Source of the DNA: a virus
Lineage: Duplodnaviria; Caudoviricetes
Virus record (IMG/VR): IMGVR_UViG_3300010376_000123
Span: 1-25,685 of that record
Strand: one strand, 5' to 3'
DNA: 25,685 nucleotides
In this document: positions 16,047 to 24,715 of the stretch, piece after piece
Layout of the letters: each line of letters begins with the position of its first letter
Position numbering within the stretch: the first letter of the stretch is position 1
Made by a program: the position numbers and the translations under genes
Notes under the pieces: generated by a model
The model's database searches: none
What the model saw: only the letters and a program-made list of their open reading frames with translations
Told to the model about the DNA's origin: nothing

Positions 16047-16609
16047 CCAACGTCGAGGAGCCGTGGTCGGCCGACGAGACCGCCCCGACGCTCGCCGCGC
16101 TCCCCGCCGCCCAGGACGCCGACCCCGGCTCGGTGCTCGCGCGCCTCAGGGCCCAGCGCGAGGGGGAGCAGGCCGACGAGACGCGGGACCTCGTCGTGCC
16201 CGGCTGGGGCAGGGGGCTTCAGGTCGTCGCGCGCTACGGCAAGACGCCGTACGCCCAGACCCGCGGCCTCACCCGCCGCGTCGTCCAGCAGGGCGGGATG
16301 ATGGATCTGGCGACCGCCTGCGACCTCCTCATCCTGGCGCTGCGCGACCTGCTCGTACGCGACCTCGACGCGGGCCCCGACGCGCCCCTCCAGCAGATCA
16401 CCGACGGCGAGGAGCTGCGCTACGGCGCGCGGATGCTGGAGGTCCTCGGCCGCCCGGCCCGCCCGACGGTGCGCGAGGCCGTGCTGAGCGTCTACAACGG
16501 CGAGCAGGCCGCGATCGTCGCGCACGCCTCGCAGCTCCTCAACTGGTACGCGGGCGCCGACGAGGAGGACCTCGGCCGCGCCCTGGAGGACCGCCTGGGG
16601 GAATCCTGA
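16043..16609 (+). CDS. Tail assembly chaperone (G-like)
   Basis: Lies between tube and tape measure and ends just after the slippery sequence GGGGGAA. Confidence 0.75.
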   Translation: MTNVEEPWSADETAPTLAALPAAQDADPGSVLARLRAQREGEQADETRDLVVPGWGRGLQVVARYGKTPYAQTRGLTRRVVQQGGMMDLATACDLLILALRDLLVRDLDAGPDAPLQQITDGEELRYGARMLEVLGRPARPTVREAVLSVYNGEQAAIVAHASQLLNWYAGADEEDLGRALEDRLGES

Positions 16610-16806
16610 CGACACCCGTCCCGCACGTGATCGCCCAGGCCTGCCTGGCGGGGCTGCCCGGCTGGCTCGTCGCGACGACGGACGACCCGGTGACGCTCGA
16701 CCTCCTCCAGGCCGCGAGCCGCGCCGCGCTGCGCCAGCAGGAGGTGCGCGACAAGAACCTCGCGGTCTACATCGCGAACGCGATCGCGCGGAGCCAGCGT
16801 GGCTGA
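16597..16806 (+). other. Programmed -1 frameshift site and GT-like extension
   Basis: G GGG GAA at 16597-16603. The -1 frame reads ILTTPVPHVIAQAC...IARSQRG to 16806, overlapping the tape measure start. Confidence 0.75.
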
Positions 16807-18631
16807 GGCCGACGTCCAGGTCAGGATCCTCTTGGAGGGCGCCGACCAGTACGTGATCGACATCCACAAGGTCGGCCAGGCGACCGAGCAGGCCGCGACC
16901 CAGGCGGGCGAGTCGTCCAAGAAGGCGGCGGGCGGGATCGGCAAGTGGGTCAAGGCGCTCGCGACGGCGGGGATCGTCTACAAGACGTACGGCTACCTCA
17001 AGGACGCCGTCTCCTCCACCATCTCGCTCGCGGTCGGCACGAGCCGCCTGCAGTCCGTCACGAACCTCGACACGAAGACGGCGAGCGCCTGGATCACCCT
17101 CGCCAAGTCTCGTCACATCTCGGCGCAGATCCTGCAGCGCTCGTTCATCCAGCTCGGCGCGGCGGTGACCCGCTCGACCGCGGCGCACGCCAAGGCCCGC
17201 GCCAAGGCGGCCGACCTCACCCTCCAGCTCAAGGCCCTCAACGCCCAGCCGGTGCAGGGCGCCAAGGACGCCCTCAAGCACGCCACCGCCGTCGGCAAGC
17301 TCTCCGAGAAGATCGCCAAGGCGAGGATCGTCACCGACACGTCGAGCGCCGCCTTCAAGACGCTCGGGCTGACCCAAAAACAGCTCACCACCGGCTCGTC
17401 CGAAGGCGTCCTTTTGCGCGTCGTCGAGGGCCTCAAGAAGATCCGCGACCCCTCGATCCGGGCCGCGGCGGGGCAGAAGCTCCTGGGCCGCTCGTTCGTC
17501 GCGCTCGCGCCGCTGCTCGCGAAGGGCTCGAAGGGCGTCGAGGAGGCGCTCGGCCACGTCAAGCGCTTCGGGCCCGTCCTCGACGACGCCGGGAAGAAAC
17601 GCGCGCTGGCGGCGCGCGACGGCTTCCGTGACCTCAACGAGCAGTCCGAGAAGCTCAAGACCACCATCGGGTTGACGCTGATCCCGACGCTCTCCTCGCT
17701 CGCGAAGGAGCTGGGCAAGATCCTCACCGCCGCCCAGCCGCTCTTCAACCTCATGAGCAAGTACCCGGGCGTGACGGCCGCCGTCGCGGGCGGGATCGCC
17801 GCGCTCGTGCTCAGCTTCAAGATCGCGGGCAGCGCCGTCGAGCTGTTCCAGCTGGAGCTGTCAGCGGGCCCGCTCGGGTTGATCATCTTCGCGATCGCCG
17901 CGCTCGTGATCGGCCTCGTGATCGCCTACAAGAAGGTCGGCTGGTTCCGCAACGCCGTCAACGACGCCTGGAACATCATCAAGCTCGTCTACGGCTGGAT
18001 CAGCCAGATCTGGTCGAACAACGCGAGCCGGATGCTGACCCAGCCGTTCGACTGGATGATCCGCGAGGCGAAGGCCGCGTTCGACTGGGTGAAGCAGAAC
18101 TGGCCGCTGCTCGTCGAGGTGCTCGGCGGCCCGCTCGGCCTGGCGATCGTCCAGATCATCCAGCACTTCGGCGCCCTCAAGAGCGCGGCGCACGACGTCT
18201 GGAACGTGATCCAGGACGTCGCCCACGCGATCATCGGCGCGTTCGGCTGGATCATGAACGCGATCCAGCCGCTGATCGACGCGCTCAAGACCGCCGTCGG
18301 CTGGGTCAAGACCGCGGTCAACGCCGTCAGCCAGTCCGGCCCCGCCGTGACGGGGCAGGCGGGGATCTACTCGTCGGTCACCAAGCGCTCGGCGCGCAGT
18401 GGCGGGGCGGGGATGTTCGCCCACCACCAGTACGGCGGCTTCGTCCGCGGCGGCGGCCCGGTGCTCGTCGGCGAGCAGGGCCCCGAGCTGGTCTCGCTGC
18501 CCGTCGGCTCGCAGGTGCACCAGGCGGGCCGCGGCGGCGGGATGACGGTGCACACCCACGTCTACCTCGACCGCCGCCAGATCGCAGAGGCCGTCGGGCA
18601 GGCCGTAGCCGACCGCAAGGCGCGCAGATGA
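16799..18631 (+). CDS. Tape measure protein
   Basis: 610 aa, Ala/Lys-rich helical sequence. IAYKKVGWFRNAVN, periodic Trp residues, C-terminal GGFVRGGGPVLVGEQGPELV. Confidence 0.9.
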   Translation: MAEADVQVRILLEGADQYVIDIHKVGQATEQAATQAGESSKKAAGGIGKWVKALATAGIVYKTYGYLKDAVSSTISLAVGTSRLQSVTNLDTKTASAWITLAKSRHISAQILQRSFIQLGAAVTRSTAAHAKARAKAADLTLQLKALNAQPVQGAKDALKHATAVGKLSEKIAKARIVTDTSSAAFKTLGLTQKQLTTGSSEGVLLRVVEGLKKIRDPSIRAAAGQKLLGRSFVALAPLLAKGSKGVEEALGHVKRFGPVLDDAGKKRALAARDGFRDLNEQSEKLKTTIGLTLIPTLSSLAKELGKILTAAQPLFNLMSKYPGVTAAVAGGIAALVLSFKIAGSAVELFQLELSAGPLGLIIFAIAALVIGLVIAYKKVGWFRNAVNDAWNIIKLVYGWISQIWSNNASRMLTQPFDWMIREAKAAFDWVKQNWPLLVEVLGGPLGLAIVQIIQHFGALKSAAHDVWNVIQDVAHAIIGAFGWIMNAIQPLIDALKTAVGWVKTAVNAVSQSGPAVTGQAGIYSSVTKRSARSGGAGMFAHHQYGGFVRGGGPVLVGEQGPELVSLPVGSQVHQAGRGGGMTVHTHVYLDRRQIAEAVGQAVADRKARR

Positions 18632-18711
18632 GCGCGGATACCTGGACCGCCCCGCGACGCGCGAGACGGCTCCTGAGAGGCCTCTGCGGGGGTGATACGC
18701 GGTGGTCGTGA
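18628..18711 (+). CDS. Possible 27-aa bridging mini-ORF
   Basis: MSADTWTAPRRARRLLRGLCGGDTRWS. ATGA overlap with the tape measure stop and GTGA overlap with the next start. Codon usage is atypical. Confidence 0.35.
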   Translation: MSADTWTAPRRARRLLRGLCGGDTRWS

Positions 18712-19427
18712 AGAAGAAGGTGGTGCCGAAGCGGGCGAAGGTCGTGCTGCGCGGCCCCCAGGTCGAGCGGCGCGCCCTCTCGATCGGCACGGGCCAGCGG
18801 CGCGTCACGATCGCGAGCCTCGCCCCGCGCCTCTCCGTCACCTGCCTCCTCGACGACGCGCCGCCCAAGCTCTCGGGCTACGGGGGTTGGCAGACGGTCG
18901 CCCGGCCCCAGCGCCGCTCGATCGTCGAGTGGCAGGGCCTCGACCCGTGGCTGCTCGAACTCGCCGTGATCCTCGACGGCTGGGCGTCGCGTACCAGCGT
19001 CGAGCACGACTGCGCGACGCTCGCGACGCTCGCCACCCCCGGCGGCGCCTTCCAGCCGCCCCCGACGGTCGGCGTGAACCTCCCCGCCCTCGTCCTGCCC
19101 GACACCGCCTGGGTGATCCAGACGCTCGACTGGGGCACGAACGTGATCCGCGACGAGGACGCCAAGGGCAACGTCTACCGGCTCCGCCAGGACGCCGCCC
19201 TCCAGCTGATCCAGCTCGTCGAGGCCTCGACGCTGCGCCGCCAGCGTCCCACCGCGGGCCGCAAGAAGGCGAACGCGGGCTCGGCGAAGTGCCCCGCCCC
19301 GGGCGGCTCGCGCGGCGTCGCCAAGCTCGCCGCCGCCCACCACACGACCAGCGCCGCGATCCTCAAGGCGAACAAGCTGCGCGACGCCGCGAAGGTCAAG
19401 GCCCACCAGGTGCTGAGGCTGCCGTGA
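18708..19427 (+). CDS. Tail tube initiator / baseplate protein with C-terminal LysM-like domain (start 18702 or 18708)
   Basis: GGWQTVARPQRRSIVEWQG, WVIQTLDWG. C-terminal [36 protein letters not shown] is LysM-like. Confidence 0.75.
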   Translation: MKKKVVPKRAKVVLRGPQVERRALSIGTGQRRVTIASLAPRLSVTCLLDDAPPKLSGYGGWQTVARPQRRSIVEWQGLDPWLLELAVILDGWASRTSVEHDCATLATLATPGGAFQPPPTVGVNLPALVLPDTAWVIQTLDWGTNVIRDEDAKGNVYRLRQDAALQLIQLVEASTLRRQRPTAGRKKANAGSAKCPAPGGSRGVAKLAAAHHTTSAAILKANKLRDAAKVKAHQVLRLP

Positions 19428-20830
19428 GCGCGACCGCGGGCATGAAGAGCGACCTGAGCCACGTCGTCCTCAACGGGCGAAAGCTGCGCGGCGACGTGGC
19501 GGGCGCGATCACCGACGCGACGCTTGAGCGCACGATCGACGGCTGCTCGACGATCACCCTCGTGCTCGACGACCACGCCCGCACGATCATCACCTCGCCG
19601 CTCGTCGCGCAGGCCGCCCAGCTCTCCTTCGACGGCCTGGCGTTCACCCTCTCGGCGGTGCAGAAGCAGTCCGACCAGGTCACCCTCACCTTCGAGGAGA
19701 CCGCCGTCGCGCGCCTGCGGCTCCAGACGAAGCCGGTCGCGAAGAGCCGCTCGGCGATGACGAGAGCCCAGTTCGCGGGCTTCCTCGTCGCCGAGCTGAC
19801 ACACCCCACCGTGCCCTTCTGGTGCCCCGAGGAGACGGAGCGCCAGAAGGTCGCAGGCCGCGCCGGGAAGTACCAGTTCACGCGGGGCGGGCAGGGCCAG
19901 ATCGAGGACTCCTGGGCGGCGCTCCAGCGGCTCGCGCAGGAGGTCCAGTGGCGCTGCTTCTGCCGCGCCGGGACGATCGTCTTCGCGCGCGACGCGACGC
20001 TCCTCGCACAGCCCGTCGCGCTCAAGCTGACGGAGCGCACGAGCGGCGTGAACGGGATCGACTTCGACTACGACCCCGGCAAGAAGGCGCAGACCGCGAC
20101 CGTGAACTGCCGGATCGACAAGTGGAGCGTTCCGCCCGGATCGCCTGTCAGCGTCTCGGGTTGCGGCGTCGGCAACGGCACCTGGCTCGTCCAGTCGATC
20201 AACCGCTCGCTCTTCTACCCCGAGGGCTCCGTCCAGCTCACGAGGGCCCAGGCGCAGAAGCTCGAACCGGCGGGGAACGTGCCGACCCGGGTGCGGGTCG
20301 GCTCGGGCGGCGGCAAGAACCTCGCGGCGATGGCGGGCGCCCCCTCGGGCGGGCTCGCCGACCTCGGCAACATCATGGTGCGCTGGGGGCTGCAGCTGCT
20401 CGGCCGCAACAACTACCGCTACGGCGCGGGCCACCTCGGCTACCCCGCGATCAAGAACGTGACGCCGCCGATGGACTGCTCCGCGTTCGCGGCGGGCTGC
20501 GCCGCCCAGATCGGCGTCGACATCACCGGCACGACCTACACGATGGCCTCCGCGGGCCGCACCAGCCGCGCCGCGCACGGCTTCGGCGGCTCGCCGCCCG
20601 GCGGCTGGCTGCCGGGCGACATCATCGAGCCGTTCGATCACCACGTCTCGGTCTGCATGGGCAACGGGCACGTCGTCGAAGCGCTCTGCACCGCCTGCGG
20701 GATCGTCGTCAGCCCCCAGACCGGGCCGTACGCGAACCCCTACTTCTGGTGGCGCGTGACCGAGCTGTCACCGCTGCTCGCCCAGTTCGCGGCGCAGGAC
20801 GCCGCCAAGAAGACGACGAGGCACAAGTGA
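19424..20830 (+). CDS. Baseplate hub (late control D-like) fused to NlpC/P60 peptidoglycan hydrolase
   Basis: Hub motifs [19 protein letters not shown] and [14 protein letters not shown]-terminal YRYGA...MDCSAF...PGDII...[15 protein letters not shown] carries the Cys/His catalytic residues. Confidence 0.8.
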   Translation: MSATAGMKSDLSHVVLNGRKLRGDVAGAITDATLERTIDGCSTITLVLDDHARTIITSPLVAQAAQLSFDGLAFTLSAVQKQSDQVTLTFEETAVARLRLQTKPVAKSRSAMTRAQFAGFLVAELTHPTVPFWCPEETERQKVAGRAGKYQFTRGGQGQIEDSWAALQRLAQEVQWRCFCRAGTIVFARDATLLAQPVALKLTERTSGVNGIDFDYDPGKKAQTATVNCRIDKWSVPPGSPVSVSGCGVGNGTWLVQSINRSLFYPEGSVQLTRAQAQKLEPAGNVPTRVRVGSGGGKNLAAMAGAPSGGLADLGNIMVRWGLQLLGRNNYRYGAGHLGYPAIKNVTPPMDCSAFAAGCAAQIGVDITGTTYTMASAGRTSRAAHGFGGSPPGGWLPGDIIEPFDHHVSVCMGNGHVVEALCTACGIVVSPQTGPYANPYFWWRVTELSPLLAQFAAQDAAKKTTRHK

Positions 20831-21819
20831 GCCAGTACATCGACGAGCTGACCGCGCCCGACAAGGCCCCGCTGCGCGGCGCCTACGCCGACGACCCGGC
20901 CGGGGAGTGGGTCGAGGGTGTCTGCGCCGCGACGCCCGCTCAGGGTGAGGGGGTGATGGTCGCGCTGCCCGGCTTCGACGGCGGCCAGAGCGTCTTCGGG
21001 CCCCTCCCGTACGACGCGCCGATCGCGCGCAAGCCACAGTCGGGGGACCGCGTCCTCGTGCTCGTTCAGGGCTCCGAGGCGTGGGCCGTCTCGTGGTGGC
21101 CGCAGGGCGACTTCACGGAGGGCTCGACCGGCGGCGGCGGCGGCACGATCGTCTCGGGCACCTGGAACTGGACGACCTCCACGAGCGGCGCGACCAGCTC
21201 GGGCGACGTCGGGATCAACACCGCCGCCTGGGCGACCGCCACCCAGATCAACGTCTCCGAGCACACCAAGACGGGTGGTGACGCCACGAGCGCGCTCGGG
21301 CTGGTCCAGCCGGGCGACGAGTTCTATCTCCAGGACACGAACGACGCGACCAAGTACGGGCACTACAGCGCGACCGCGGCGGGCACCGACCAGGGCACCT
21401 ACCGCTCCTTCCCGGTGACGCTGATCGGCTCAGGCGCGGGCGGCCTGCCAGCCAACAACCGCGACACGCTCCTGACGATCCGCACGCCCGCCCCGCCCGG
21501 CCCGCAGGGTCCGGCGGGTCCTGCCGGGCCGACGGGTCCCGCTGGCCCGACCGGCCCTCAAGGCCCCACCGGCGCGACCGGCCCGCAAGGCCCGCAGGGT
21601 GCGACCGGCGCGCAGGGCAACACCGGCGCGACCGGCCCCCAGGGCCCGCCAGGCGCGACCGGCCCCACCGGCTCCACCGGCCCGGCAGGTCCCGGCGTGC
21701 CCGTCGGTGGCGCGACCGGGCAGGTGCTCACCAAGACCAGTGCGACTGACTACGCCACCAGCTGGCAGACCCCGGCTGGTGGCGGAACCGGCGTCGATCT
21801 CCTGCTGATGGGCGGCTAG
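20827..21819 (+). CDS. Baseplate spike-like (gpV-type OB fold) protein with collagen-like repeat
   Basis: N-terminal VMVALPGFD...GPLPY...PQSGDRVLV, a middle beta-rich domain, (Gly-X-Y) repeat, then [20 protein letters not shown]. Confidence 0.65.
   Translation: MSQYIDELTAPDKAPLRGAYADDPAGEWVEGVCAATPAQGEGVMVALPGFDGGQSVFGPLPYDAPIARKPQSGDRVLVLVQGSEAWAVSWWPQGDFTEGSTGGGGGTIVSGTWNWTTSTSGATSSGDVGINTAAWATATQINVSEHTKTGGDATSALGLVQPGDEFYLQDTNDATKYGHYSATAAGTDQGTYRSFPVTLIGSGAGGLPANNRDTLLTIRTPAPPGPQGPAGPAGPTGPAGPTGPQGPTGATGPQGPQGATGAQGNTGATGPQGPPGATGPTGSTGPAGPGVPVGGATGQVLTKTSATDYATSWQTPAGGGTGVDLLLMGG
21499..21696 (+). repeat. Collagen-like (Gly-X-Y)22 coding repeat
   Basis: [12 protein letters not shown] ... 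GPA GPG, counted by hand as 22 triplets. Confidence 0.9.
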
Positions 21820-21821
21820 GC

Positions 21822-22151
21822 GTGCCGACGACGTACAAGGTGCTCGGCCAGCAGGCTCCCGCGGCGGCGACCGACGCGACGCTCTACACCGTCCCCGCCG
21901 CGACCCAGACGATTATCTCGACGCTCGTCGTCACGAACCGGGGAGCGAGTCCGACGACGTTCCGGCTGCGCGTCGCGGTCGGCGGCGCGGCGGTCGCGAA
22001 CCAGCAGTACCTCGCCTACGACGTCGTCATCCCCGCCCTCACGCTCCTGACGCTGACGATGGGCGTCACGCTCGCGGCGACCGACCAGATCGTCTGCCAG
22101 TGCGGCGCGGCGCAGGTCTCCTTCCAGGCGTTCGGGCAGGAGAACTCGTGA
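21822..22151 (+). CDS. Small tail/fibre-associated structural protein
   Basis: MPTTYKVLGQ..P.A.T..TLYTVPA...YLAYD pattern of a beta-rich protein I recognise from phage tail regions. Confidence 0.7.
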   Translation: MPTTYKVLGQQAPAAATDATLYTVPAATQTIISTLVVTNRGASPTTFRLRVAVGGAAVANQQYLAYDVVIPALTLLTLTMGVTLAATDQIVCQCGAAQVSFQAFGQENS

Positions 22152-23476
22152 CCGTCGAGTCCTTCCCGCTCACGCCGCAGATCGTCGGGCCGCTCGCGGG
22201 GATCGACGTCTTTCGCAGCGCCGCCCAGTCGCTGCCCGCCTCGGCCTGGGCGGCGATCAGTTGGGACACCGCGACGCCACACGGCCCGACGCCGCTCACG
22301 GCACTCTGGTCGGCGGCGAACCCGACGCGGCTCTACGCCGACCGGGATGGCTGGTGGCTCTGCAGCGCGACGGTCGTCGTGAACTCGGCCGCCGGGTCGT
22401 GGCGCATCCTCACGATCCGCAATAGCGCGGGCAGCTACTGGACGAACCAGTCGGGAGCGCCGCTCGCGGGCGGCGGGGCGCACTACATGTCCACCTCGCG
22501 GGTCATCTGGATGACGGCGGGCGACTGGGTTGACGTCGCCTACTACTCGGACGTCGCGCTGACGACCTCGACCGGCTCCTTCTGTAACTGCTCGTGGCAG
22601 CCCGTGCAGGGCGTCAAGGGCGATCCCGGCACGTCCGGGCCGATGCCGAACGTCGTCGGTGGCCACGCCACGATCAACTTCGGAGCGGCGGGCACGGCGG
22701 CGGCGATCCCCTGGTCGAGCCTGACGGCAGGCGGCCCCGCGCCGCTCAGTCCGCTCTGGTCGAGCGGTCAGCCGACGCGCCTGTATGCCGACCGCGCCGG
22801 ACTCTGGCAGGTCAGCGTGTACGTCCAGTCGAATAGCGGCGGCCCGTCAAGCGCAACCTTCAACCTGGCAGTGCGCTGGAACGGCTCGACCTACCTGGCC
22901 AACCTGGCGACGACCGCCAGCGCCAGCTTCGGCTGGGCGCACACAATCTCGAAGGTCGTCAACCTGAACGCGGGCGATTACATCGAGGTCATGGGATCGA
23001 CCAGCGCCCAGTGTGGCGCGCTGGATGCAGGCGGCGGGCAGGTCGTCTGGTCGCCGCTCCAGGGTGCGAAGGGTGACGTCGGCCCGGCGGCGTCACGCTC
23101 GGCCTGGACGAACATCGCGACCAGCCCCGGCTGGGCGGCGAACTGGGGCGAGGGCGCTGGTGGTGCGCCCTGGTCGCCGTGCGCCTGGCAGACCTCCGCG
23201 GACGGCGGTGTTTACCTGCGCGGCCTGGCGGGCTGGACACCGACGACGACACCCGACGGCTCGCTGATGTTCACGCTCCCCGCCGCGATCCGCCCGAGCG
23301 GCGTGAACCGCCTTCTGATTACGCGCTGGGCGGTCTCGGCGTCGAACCTCGGCTACTGCCGGATCGACGTGCAACTGGACGGGCAGGTCATCTGCCGCGA
23401 GTTCCAGGGCACGGCTCCCGCGAACTGGGCGGCGACGTGGGTCTCGCTCAGCCCGCTCTCGTGGAGCACGGTATGA
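22148..23476 (+). CDS. Tail fibre / receptor-binding protein with two C1q/TNF-like repeats and a distinct C-terminal domain
   Basis: GTG 22148. Two repeats of LWS...[10 protein letters not shown]...AGD... The C-terminal GGVYLRGL...FTLPAAIRPS...RIDVQLDGQV...WVSL is typical of phage fibre tips. Confidence 0.7.
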   Translation: MTVESFPLTPQIVGPLAGIDVFRSAAQSLPASAWAAISWDTATPHGPTPLTALWSAANPTRLYADRDGWWLCSATVVVNSAAGSWRILTIRNSAGSYWTNQSGAPLAGGGAHYMSTSRVIWMTAGDWVDVAYYSDVALTTSTGSFCNCSWQPVQGVKGDPGTSGPMPNVVGGHATINFGAAGTAAAIPWSSLTAGGPAPLSPLWSSGQPTRLYADRAGLWQVSVYVQSNSGGPSSATFNLAVRWNGSTYLANLATTASASFGWAHTISKVVNLNAGDYIEVMGSTSAQCGALDAGGGQVVWSPLQGAKGDVGPAASRSAWTNIATSPGWAANWGEGAGGAPWSPCAWQTSADGGVYLRGLAGWTPTTTPDGSLMFTLPAAIRPSGVNRLLITRWAVSASNLGYCRIDVQLDGQVICREFQGTAPANWAATWVSLSPLSWSTV

Positions 23477-24297
23477 CCGTCGAGTCGTTCCCCGGAGCAG
23501 CCAGCCAGGTCGCAGGACCGCTTCCCGGCCTCGAAGTCCAGCGCGCTGCGGGCCTCACCGTCGCACCCTCGACCTGGACGGCGCTGGGCTGGGACGCCGT
23601 CACGACGCGCGGCGCGGCGCCGCTCATCCCGCTCTGGGTAGCCGCCAACCCGACACGCCTCTACGCGGACAGGGACGGCTGGTGGTCGCTCAGCGCCTCC
23701 AACTCCTGGCCGCCCGGCGCGACCGGCACGTTCCGGGGGATCGGCGCGGCGAACTCGGCCGCAGCGCTGATCGGCACGAGCTACGTCACGCCCAGCGGCG
23801 GTTACCTCGTCACGCTCTACAACCGCGTCATCTGGATGACCGCTGGTGACTGGATCGAGGTGCGCGTCGCTCACGACTACACCTCGGCGATCAACACGAA
23901 CCCCGGCAGCAACAACTGCTCCGCCTCCTGGCAACCCATCCAGGGCGTCAAGGGTGACACCGGCGCGAGCGGTCCGCCCGGAGCGGTCGGCAGTGCGATC
24001 GTCAGCGCCTGGACGGGCTTCACCGGCACGTACGACGCGACCAAGCCGCTGCTGCTCTTTTCCGGCTCGAACGTGATCGTCGGCAACGGCGGCACGGCCT
24101 ACACGATCACCCATAACCTCGGCCTGACGTTCGTGCACAACCTCTTTGTCTCGACCGGCTCGGCAAACGGCTTCGGCGCTGGCGCGGGCACGGACGACTC
24201 GCCGGTGACAAACAACGCCTTCAGCTTTCATACCTACGCGACGATCGCGAACGGCTTTTCGGTGCGTTTCAACTGGATGGTGATTGGACAGCGATGA
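23473..24297 (+). CDS. Second fibre / receptor-binding paralog
   Basis: ATG 23473. Shares the MTVESFP start and the [14 protein letters not shown] and [10 protein letters not shown] motifs with the previous gene. C-terminus differs (TITHNLG...FNWMVIG). Confidence 0.7.
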   Translation: MTVESFPGAASQVAGPLPGLEVQRAAGLTVAPSTWTALGWDAVTTRGAAPLIPLWVAANPTRLYADRDGWWSLSASNSWPPGATGTFRGIGAANSAAALIGTSYVTPSGGYLVTLYNRVIWMTAGDWIEVRVAHDYTSAINTNPGSNNCSASWQPIQGVKGDTGASGPPGAVGSAIVSAWTGFTGTYDATKPLLLFSGSNVIVGNGGTAYTITHNLGLTFVHNLFVSTGSANGFGAGAGTDDSPVTNNAFSFHTYATIANGFSVRFNWMVIGQR

Positions 24298-24407
24298 CGG
24301 CGAGCCTGGAGCTGGATCACCTCTGCGGCAACCCCTCCTGTGTCAACCCACAACATCTGGAGCCGGTGACTCACCGCGAGAACGTTCGGAGGGGGCGACG
24401 ATGGTAG
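24294..24407 (+). pseudogene. HNH endonuclease remnant / mini-ORF (37 aa), absent from the ORF track
   Basis: [37 protein letters not shown] matches the DHLC.N..CVNP.HLE.VT..EN core of HNH_3-type nucleases. Confidence 0.8.
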
Positions 24408-24715
24408 ATGTTGCGCATTTCAGCCTCCCGTTCCGCTGGGCGACGCCGCACGCCGCCGTCAGCGAGCAGGACACCCAGCAGGAGATCGCGGAGTGCTGCG
24501 AGACGATCATCCGCTACCCGCTCGGCTACCGCCCCGAGCTGCCCGACTTCGGCTGCGCCGAGGTCGTCTTCGGAATGGAGCCGCTCGACGTCGCCGGGAT
24601 CCAGCAGGCCCTCGACCAGTGGGAGCCGCGCGCGCAGGCGCTGGTCGAGGAGGGCGACTTCGACGTGGAGGAGTGGGCGGCCGAGATCACCGCGACGCTG
24701 GGAGGCCAGCCGTGA
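24401..24715 (+). CDS. Baseplate wedge protein, gp25/GPW-like
   Basis: ATG 24401 after GGAGG. HFSLPFR...[10 protein letters not shown]...ALDQWEPRA. Confidence 0.85.
   Translation: MVDVAHFSLPFRWATPHAAVSEQDTQQEIAECCETIIRYPLGYRPELPDFGCAEVVFGMEPLDVAGIQQALDQWEPRAQALVEEGDFDVEEWAAEITATLGGQP

Noticed and set aside
22148-24400. Diversity-generating retroelement acting on the fibre genes
   Set aside because: No reverse transcriptase in the window. The repeats differ at all base types rather than only at adenines, and all copies are coding.
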